This document shows positions 57,880 to 64,000 of a DNA stretch of 64,000 nucleotides, piece after piece. Made by a program: the position numbers and the translations under genes. Numbering within the stretch: position 1 is the stretch's first letter; every line of letters begins with the position of its first letter. The notes under the pieces are model-generated. The model searched no databases. It was not told where the DNA came from and saw nothing but the letters and a program-made list of their open reading frames with translations. The stretch covers positions 1 to 64,000 of IMG/VR virus record IMGVR_UViG_3300033183_000491. One strand, 5' to 3'.

Positions 57880-58663
57880 AAGTTTGTCTTTCTTTTACCC
57901 AATGCGTAGTTCTTCCATCTAACGTTGTTTCTTTTAACACTGGTTTTCTATTGTAGTCATAGTTTTTTCCATATACAACGAATCCTTCTACAGCATTTCC
58001 AGATTCTCCATCAAAAGTATAATAACTTTGTATTGATGCACCTTGTTCTTGATATGACTTATTCATGACAAATCTTATTGCCTTATCTAGGGTGTTTAAA
58101 TTTTCTTCTGTTAAGTCTTTTATAAAAGAATGAGGATTTATACGTGAATACCATAAAGACTCTGCTTTAATATAATTTCCAACTCCAGAAATAATACTTT
58201 GATTCATTAATACCTCACAAATATTTTTATGATTATATTTTCTTAAACGAGAAATAAAATCGTTAGGAGGATTAGAAAGCATATCAGGACCAATCGACTT
58301 AAGTTTTTTTTCTAAGTCTAAAGGCGTCTTTATCTGAAAAGTTCCAAAGTTTCTAATGTCATTAAAATAAAGATTATCTCCATCTTTAAAAGATATCTCT
58401 ATTCTACTATGTTTTGTTTTAAATTTGTTCCAAGAACCTGTCATACCTAAAGTATTAAAAACTATAATTTTATCGATATCTATCCAAATAAACTTTCCTT
58501 TGCAATTAAAAGATTTGATTGTTTCACCTGACAGGGTTTCAATTTTTTCTATTGGTTTTTTAACATATCTGCCACTTAAAATTTCAACTTTGTCAATTGT
58601 TTTTTCTTTATAAAAAGAATTTAACTTGTCAACAAATAATTTAACTTCTGGAGCTTCTGGCAT
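57860..58663 (-). CDS. mutM: Fpg/Nei DNA glycosylase with zincless finger
   Basis: MPEAPEV, KGKF, LGMTG, DIRNFG, H2TH motif LMNQSIISGVGNYIKAESL and GRTTHWV. Confidence 0.92.
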   Translation of the reverse strand: MPEAPEVKLFVDKLNSFYKEKTIDKVEILSGRYVKKPIEKIETLSGETIKSFNCKGKFIWIDIDKIIVFNTLGMTGSWNKFKTKHSRIEISFKDGDNLYFNDIRNFGTFQIKTPLDLEKKLKSIGPDMLSNPPNDFISRLRKYNHKNICEVLMNQSIISGVGNYIKAESLWYSRINPHSFIKDLTEENLNTLDKAIRFVMNKSYQEQGASIQSYYTFDGESGNAVEGFVVYGKNYDYNRKPVLKETTLDGRTTHWVKERQTFGSKEI

Positions 58664-58665
58664 TT

Positions 58666-58878
58666 TTAATCCTTTAGAATAGTTCTATTGATTTCCGGAA
58701 CATCATTTTCTGTATTGGCAGTTTTTGATTCTTCAACACCTTCTTTAGGTAATGTATTATCATGAATCTTATCAGCTAGTTCTGGTTTTCCAAACCATTG
58801 TAGGATTTGCATTAATGGATGAGCAACAATATTATGAAAAGCATAGCTTTTAATAAACTTTTCGTATTTAAGATTCAA
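58666..58878 (-). CDS. Hypothetical protein
   Basis: HNIVAHP...HDNTLP; GAGGTG SD. Confidence 0.6.
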   Translation of the reverse strand: MNLKYEKFIKSYAFHNIVAHPLMQILQWFGKPELADKIHDNTLPKEGVEESKTANTENDVPEINRTILKD

Positions 58879-58886
58879 GTATCACC

Positions 58887-59336
58887 TCATTCGATAGCAT
58901 CTGCATAAGGTTCAATAGGTAATTCTCCTGACTCAATAGCTCTATCTAAATAATCTTCTAGTTCTTCGAAGGATGTACATACCTTAATACCGCTTCTTGC
59001 AAGCATTAGATTAAACTTAGCTCCCGAAGGAAGTCCTGCACAGAAATATACAATTGGTCGTCCAAAAGCAAAAGCATATCCGGCTTCCCAAATAGTTCCA
59101 ATATCTTTGTCACGAGTATTAACTATAAGAAAGTCAGATGTCTTAATATGATGAAGGTTACCTTCAAATGTTTCATCTTGAACTTCTTTAGGAGCGTTTG
59201 GCGGACAAATAAAGATTCGTCGAGGTGATGCAAGCTCAAAGTGTTCTGCGCGATCGTCAAAAATCTTTTCAAGCTGTGTAAGCTCTGCATCTTGTGTTGG
59301 GTTAAACCATCCGCTAGCTAGGTAAATCTTTCTCAT
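58887..59336 (-). CDS. Nucleoside 2-deoxyribosyltransferase / nucleotide N-glycosidase-like protein
   Basis: KIYLASGWF, SDFLIV and DIGTIWEAGYA. Confidence 0.82.
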   Translation of the reverse strand: MRKIYLASGWFNPTQDAELTQLEKIFDDRAEHFELASPRRIFICPPNAPKEVQDETFEGNLHHIKTSDFLIVNTRDKDIGTIWEAGYAFAFGRPIVYFCAGLPSGAKFNLMLARSGIKVCTSFEELEDYLDRAIESGELPIEPYADAIE

Positions 59337-59400
59337 TAAAATGTTCCTTTTGTAAATAAATTTTATATTTTTTGTTTGTTTTTATTAGAGGTTATATTCG

Positions 59401-60372
59401 TTAAAATTCATCAGTTAGCTTCTGGCGAATATCGTTTACAATTTCAACATCTTCTCTCCACATTCGAGTAAAGATTTTTTCTTGTCCTGATTTATTACCG
59501 TTAATCTCCTCTCTTCTACACTGATAAATTGAATCATTTTCATTAAATTCAAAAAGATCATTCTTAGGCTCAGGATGATATAAGTTTGTTCCTTTCGATG
59601 TATAAGATCCATCAGGTAGTTTCACTCTAAATGTTCGGACATAATGCATGTCAGGTTTATCAAAGTCAAGACATGTTGAAACTTCAGGAATAGCTTGACA
59701 TACGAGTGTAGCAATTCTAGTAGCAATAATATTATCAACTTCAGGTTGAATTTGAACATCTTGTCGCTGTTTAATAAGGCCAATTAGATCTTTTAGATTA
59801 AATCTTGCAACATAAAATGTTTCAATAGACTTTGGGAGAATAACACGTGCATCCATAAGGGAAACTAATCTTGAGTCAACCATGTCTGAATATAGTTGTT
59901 TTGCTGCAGCTGCAACTTCAATAAATCTGTGATGAAAGCTAGAATTTTCAATTGACTCAGGAACTAAAATATTGTCATTTCTAAGATCTCGATCTCCTGT
60001 ACATTGAGCTGCAAATGATCCTGCCCTATGTCTGATTAGATGTGTAACAGTTTGTGTGTCAATCCCACTGATTTTAAATGTAAACCCTAAACATTCCATA
60101 GGTGTTGGAAGAGCTCTAAAGTTTAAGACATCTTGAAGATTTTCAGATTTCTCTTGTGGTGAAGCATTTTCAAAAGGTGTTTGATCTGGTGTGTCATCCC
60201 ACGTTGCTTTAGTCATATGCCAAGCAATTCTTTGTGCTTGTTCTCTTGTCGGAGCATCAATAACTTCAATTTTAAGAGACTCTAGATTGTTAATGTAATT
60301 TGTTACAGGTACTTGATTAAATTTAAGATCCATAGGAAGAGTGATAGGCTCTAAAGTATTATTAATTGGCAA
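59401..60372 (-). CDS. Divergent flavin-dependent thymidylate synthase (ThyX) paralog
   Basis: FTFKISGI, HLIRHRAGSFAAQC and DARVILP; the motif Ser is replaced by Cys. Confidence 0.78.
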   Translation of the reverse strand: MPINNTLEPITLPMDLKFNQVPVTNYINNLESLKIEVIDAPTREQAQRIAWHMTKATWDDTPDQTPFENASPQEKSENLQDVLNFRALPTPMECLGFTFKISGIDTQTVTHLIRHRAGSFAAQCTGDRDLRNDNILVPESIENSSFHHRFIEVAAAAKQLYSDMVDSRLVSLMDARVILPKSIETFYVARFNLKDLIGLIKQRQDVQIQPEVDNIIATRIATLVCQAIPEVSTCLDFDKPDMHYVRTFRVKLPDGSYTSKGTNLYHPEPKNDLFEFNENDSIYQCRREEINGNKSGQEKIFTRMWREDVEIVNDIRQKLTDEF

Positions 60373-60399
60373 ATTTTTTCTCCTTGTTATTTACCATTT

Positions 60400-60428
60400 A
60401 TTATAATTTTTTTTTGTATTATTTACAC
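60400..60428 (-). promoter_or_regulatory. Promoter GTGTAA-N17-TATAAT
   Basis: Upstream of the ThyX-like/NDT operon. Confidence 0.75.
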
Positions 60429-60437
60429 AAAATGAGT

Positions 60438-61091
60438 TTAAATATTTTTTATAATTTGTCTAATCAAATCTTTATTATCTTTGCATATTCTGTTTGATTG
60501 ACAAAGATAGTCTAAAGAGTCTTCTGTTTTAAGTCTCTTAAGAAAACTATATGTTCTTGTTATTTCATAGTCACTATCAATTTCTGCAATAACAGAGTCA
60601 TAATCGTGAATATCTAAATTCAAGATGTTTCTATTAATAGCATATTGGATTTCTCTAACTAGATTAAGAAATATATTAATTTTAAAATCGTTATAATTTA
60701 TTACATTTAAGTTAACTGATGATGAATATTCTATTATTCCTTCGTCACCTAAATTATTTTTTAAAAAATATAATTTACACGATTCATTTTCGCATAAAAA
60801 ATATTTTTTTGAATTTATAATACATAATTCTATTTCAATAGAAAAATCTTCGCAGTAGTTAATAGAATGCTGAAAGTTGTAGTGATATTTTTGGTCAAAT
60901 ATATGATTAAAATTACTAGTAACAGTCATAAAACATATACCTGGATCAATTACAATAGTTATATTCCCATTATTAATTAATCCAATTGAGTATATTAAAT
61001 CATTTTCTAAAAGATTCCATATCTGATTGATGTATTCATAAGATCTAAAATTAGGATTTTTATATAAATTTAGATCTTCATGAAAAAACAT
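60438..61091 (-). CDS. Hypothetical protein
   Basis: ORF track. Confidence 0.55.
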   Translation of the reverse strand: MFFHEDLNLYKNPNFRSYEYINQIWNLLENDLIYSIGLINNGNITIVIDPGICFMTVTSNFNHIFDQKYHYNFQHSINYCEDFSIEIELCIINSKKYFLCENESCKLYFLKNNLGDEGIIEYSSSVNLNVINYNDFKINIFLNLVREIQYAINRNILNLDIHDYDSVIAEIDSDYEITRTYSFLKRLKTEDSLDYLCQSNRICKDNKDLIRQIIKNI

Positions 61092-61092
61092 T

Positions 61093-61467
61093 TTAATAGC
61101 CTTTTTGTAATCTCCTTCTAATTATGTCATCTTTTACATTAAAGGCATTATAAAATTCATCAACATTAACACCCATTAAAATCATTAGTGAAAAGAAATA
61201 ATTAAATGCATCGACTATTTCTTCTAGAAATTCTTCTCTATTAATCTCAGGCATTTCTGTTTCTCTATGAGGCTTCCAATTCTTAAGATGTTGTAAAGCT
61301 TCAAACATTTCTTCAACGCCTTTTAAAGCCGTTTCTCTTAGTATGTTTTGACTTGATTTATCGCTAATGTCTACAGGCCAGTTATTAGGATAAGAATCAG
61401 GAAATTTTTCCTGAATTAGAGACATAAACTGTTCTCTTTTATTAAAAATATTTTCTAACTTGTCCAA
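61093..61467 (-). CDS. MazG / dimeric dUTPase-like all-alpha NTP pyrophosphatase
   Basis: EEMFEAL..LKNWKPH...EEIVDAFNY. Confidence 0.8.
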   Translation of the reverse strand: MDKLENIFNKREQFMSLIQEKFPDSYPNNWPVDISDKSSQNILRETALKGVEEMFEALQHLKNWKPHRETEMPEINREEFLEEIVDAFNYFFSLMILMGVNVDEFYNAFNVKDDIIRRRLQKGY

Positions 61468-61698
61468 TTAGTCACCTTGTTGTGTGTCTTGAGGTTGCGA
61501 TTGAAGTGCTTGATTATCTAACATTTTTTTGATTTGTTCTTCGAATACATCAGAATATTCTTGATTTATTCTAATCTTATCATCTTCGCCAATTTCAAAC
61601 TGAGCCATCCTAAGATGATCAACAATATCAGTTCCAGTTAAAATAGCAATTTGAATTAGTTTTGCAACGTGTGCAATTGATGAATCATGTAGTACCAA
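61468..61698 (-). CDS. Hypothetical protein
   Basis: TTG start with AGGAG SD. Confidence 0.6.
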   Translation of the reverse strand: MVLHDSSIAHVAKLIQIAILTGTDIVDHLRMAQFEIGEDDKIRINQEYSDVFEEQIKKMLDNQALQSQPQDTQQGD

Positions 61699-61709
61699 AA
61701 TTTTCTCCT

Positions 61710-62081
61710 TTAAATTATAATTGGTGATCTTTCGATTTTTTTATTAATCGCGTCAGTATCGTGTTCTAAAACTTTTATCATAGATACTCCATCAATAGTC
61801 TTTAAAGACTTAAGAACTGTCATAAATTTGTTTTTAGAATCAACGAACTTTTCAATATAAGAAACATTCATTTCTATTATTCTATGTCCATAAGAAGAAA
61901 CTATATCAGATATAGGTCGAGTTTGTCTAACTGTGACTATTCCTGGTAAAGCTCTCATGTCTGTCATTATATCGAGAACAGTAGGGTCTTCTCTTTCTTC
62001 GATTTTTATTCTGCATCTAATAAGCATATTGACAAGATCATCATGTCTTTCTAATAATATTTGTTCTTTTTTGTTAGTCAT
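61710..62081 (-). CDS. Hypothetical protein (ferredoxin/ACT-like alpha-beta pattern)
   Basis: ORF track; GAGG SD. Confidence 0.55.
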   Translation of the reverse strand: MTNKKEQILLERHDDLVNMLIRCRIKIEEREDPTVLDIMTDMRALPGIVTVRQTRPISDIVSSYGHRIIEMNVSYIEKFVDSKNKFMTVLKSLKTIDGVSMIKVLEHDTDAINKKIERSPIII

Positions 62082-62120
62082 TTTAACCTCACAGATATAT
62101 ACTTATAAATATGATAACAA

Positions 62121-62825
62121 TTAACTTCTGTTAATAAAAGAATTAACTGTTACAGGCCATAATTCAGAAATTATATTTAACATTTCGTTTGCTAATTGTT
62201 GAATTTCCCATTGTGCACCTTCATGAGTTCTAAGTTCAATAAACTTAAGAATATTATTTAAATTAGCTGTAGCATAATATTCAGTATATAAATTTTGTGG
62301 AAGAATTCCTCTTGCTTGCTCTCTACAAACACCCACTGACAGAAGAGTATCAAATAATTTTAATGAATCTTTATGATAATTTTTAATAGCTTCTGAAACT
62401 GTAACTGTTAACGGAGTTGAGCTATAATCTGTATTAAACGAAATTTCTGGATTAATTAAATCTTCAATGTTAGACGATTGTCTATTGGATTTATGTTGAG
62501 TCCTAAAAGACTCAGGTTGATAGAATTCTAAATTAGAATCTGTATATCTTCGGCTGATTTCGTTATAAGACCATGTTCTATGCCTATGATGTTGAGATCT
62601 AACAAAAAGTGGGACTTTAATTCTAAAGGTTGCAATATTATGCTCAAGAGTTGAAGTATGTTTATGATTAATAAGATAATTGATTAGTTTTTCATCTTTT
62701 TGGTCTAAAGAGTCTTTATGAACTCCGAAAGAAACTCTTGCTGAATTTACTACGGTGATATCTTCTCCGACATGTTGTACTAATTCAATTTTACCAATAT
62801 TATCATCATATAAATAATTTGTCAT
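62121..62825 (-). CDS. thyX: Flavin-dependent thymidylate synthase
   Basis: VNSARVSF, HTSTLEH, RHRTWSYNEISRRY, EQARGILP and LR....AQWEI. Confidence 0.95.
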   Translation of the reverse strand: MTNYLYDDNIGKIELVQHVGEDITVVNSARVSFGVHKDSLDQKDEKLINYLINHKHTSTLEHNIATFRIKVPLFVRSQHHRHRTWSYNEISRRYTDSNLEFYQPESFRTQHKSNRQSSNIEDLINPEISFNTDYSSTPLTVTVSEAIKNYHKDSLKLFDTLLSVGVCREQARGILPQNLYTEYYATANLNNILKFIELRTHEGAQWEIQQLANEMLNIISELWPVTVNSFINRS

Positions 62826-62847
62826 TAAATTTCCTCTGTTTTAATGA

Positions 62848-62877
62848 ATTATAAATTTATAATTAAACCAATTACAC
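62848..62877 (-). promoter_or_regulatory. Promoter GTGTAA-N18-TATAAT
   Basis: Upstream of thyX. Confidence 0.75.
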
Positions 62878-62880
62878 TTA

Positions 62881-63645
62881 TTAATCTTCACTATCAGTGT
62901 CATTTAATGGTTTTTCAAAGTGATAAAATGCTCCACCTGTATGTCCATCATGGATCAAAGTTGCAAAGCATCTAGCAACAGGACCTCCAAGTTTATCTTT
63001 TAGAGCTTTGTAGTAAGGATGGTTTTTAATTTCTTTCGGGATTCTCCACGAAGAAGAAGTTGAATACCCCGTATCGTACTTAATAAAATTAAATCCTGTA
63101 TTTGTACCTAGTTCGATAAAGTCTTCGTGAACTGGAAAATTTACGTGTCCAATTTTATGCTCTTTTTCAGGGGAATGAAACTGAGTATCTTTTGTGTTCA
63201 TTGGAAATCCTAATACCATTTTTCCGCCAGGACGAAGTATTCGATAAAGCTCTTTCATAATATAAGGATAGTTATGATCTTCAATATGCTCAAAAACTTC
63301 AGATGAAACCATAATATCAAACATTTCATCGTCATAAGGAAGTCCTGTTGTAATATCATGCTGTTTTAGCTGAAATTTGTTACTTTGTTTACTCCATGCC
63401 ATATCGATGTATTTTTGTTGATAATCAATACCATAATACTCTGTAAAGACAAAAAGACTTTTCATAAAGGTCCATAAACGTCCATTATAACATCCGATAT
63501 CTAAGAGTTTAGGTTGATTTTTTCCATCATATCCATTCTCTACACACCATTTCCTTACAGCTTCAACTAGGTAATTCTGTGAAAAAACAATAAATTGACA
63601 ATCAATAAGAGTTTGAGGATGTGATTTTTTTTGGATAGCAACCAT
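62881..63645 (-). CDS. Class I SAM-dependent methyltransferase
   Basis: LLDIGCYNG, YGID, HDI, FDIMVSSEVFEHI and LRPGG. Confidence 0.88.
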   Translation of the reverse strand: MVAIQKKSHPQTLIDCQFIVFSQNYLVEAVRKWCVENGYDGKNQPKLLDIGCYNGRLWTFMKSLFVFTEYYGIDYQQKYIDMAWSKQSNKFQLKQHDITTGLPYDDEMFDIMVSSEVFEHIEDHNYPYIMKELYRILRPGGKMVLGFPMNTKDTQFHSPEKEHKIGHVNFPVHEDFIELGTNTGFNFIKYDTGYSTSSSWRIPKEIKNHPYYKALKDKLGGPVARCFATLIHDGHTGGAFYHFEKPLNDTDSED

Positions 63646-63691
63646 TTAATTATATAACCTTTCATGATTTATTTGTTAATAAGATTATATA

Positions 63692-63720
63692 ATTTTAATA
63701 ATTAATGTTTAAATTTACAC
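63692..63720 (-). promoter_or_regulatory. Promoter GTGTAA-N17-TAAAAT
   Basis: The -35 box is the GTG TAA end of the upstream gene. Confidence 0.55.
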
Positions 63721-63999
63721 TAAATTTTCATCAAGGCCGTAATATAATTTTTCTGCCCATGGAATAACATCCCATTTTTTATCTGAAATGTTGTGGTGAC
63801 CTACAATACTGTAATTAGATGCTTCCTTAACAGACATAACATCTAAACTTTCACAAACAGGTTTGTCTTCTAATCCAGTAGCTTCTCTTAATGATTGTAA
63901 AAATTGTCGACAAATATCAGCAAATTCATCACCAATCATTACCGTTTTGCGACCTTTTACTCTAGAATCAGGAATATTGCAAACTTGAAGTTGTGCATC
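63715..63999 (-). CDS. C-terminal part of an N-acetylmuramoyl-L-alanine amidase-like protein (runs off the window edge)
   Basis: Frame is open to the edge; IVGHHNIS..KWD resembles the amidase_2 GH...K.D motif. Confidence 0.6.
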   Translation of the reverse strand, partial: DAQLQVCNIPDSRVKGRKTVMIGDEFADICRQFLQSLREATGLEDKPVCESLDVMSVKEASNYSIVGHHNISDKKWDVIPWAEKLYYGLDENLV

Positions 64000-64000
64000 T

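Noticed and set aside
456-62124. Short antisense or overlapping ORFs in the track (e.g. 456-638, 4103-4393, 9618-10070, 20901-21191, 49360-49623, 61933-62124)
   Set aside because: They lie opposite or inside well-supported genes, lack SD sites and show the typical composition of shadow ORFs.
1-64000. tRNA or rRNA genes
   Set aside because: Intergenic gaps are short and AT-rich, and no cloverleaf or TTCGA T-loop context was recognised. A tRNAscan-type search was not run.
1-64000. Eukaryotic giant virus (NCLDV) origin
   Set aside because: Shine-Dalgarno sites, overlapping operons, sigma70, DnaE, sigma70-type -10 boxes, lipoproteins and a peptidoglycan amidase all indicate a bacterial host.

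Overview
An AT-rich, densely coding 64-kb segment of what is most likely a jumbo (huge) tailed-phage genome, with most genes on the minus strand. It carries replication and repair genes (ATP-dependent ligase, RadA-like ATPase, 5'-3' exonuclease, DnaE, UvsE, photolyase-like, Fpg/Nei). It also carries nucleotide metabolism genes (purA, purB, an IMPDH/GMPR-family enzyme, dCMP deaminase, thymidine kinase, two ThyX paralogs, NDT-like, MazG-like), GroEL, a sigma-70-family factor, an Fe/Mn SOD, a MoxR-vWA pair and many putative virion-internal proteins that share an N-terminal leader. The most striking locus is dnaE, which is interrupted twice. First, an in-frame TAG at codon 36 lies inside a 9-nt insert in the first PHP motif, and that insert pairs exactly with the outer helix of a 21-bp hairpin in the mRNA, suggesting ribosomal bypass or RNA processing. 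Second, a naturally split intein separates the two halves, with a free-standing Vsr-like homing endonuclease between them. Other notable features are a sigma factor whose region 4.2 HTH appears to be a separate gene, a 15-copy promoter with an unusual -35 box (GTGTAA-N17/18-TATAAT), a possible G-to-A purine conversion operon, and a ThyX paralog with Ser replaced by Cys. No tRNA, rRNA or CRISPR array was seen. All protein calls come from motif recognition by eye, not from database searches.
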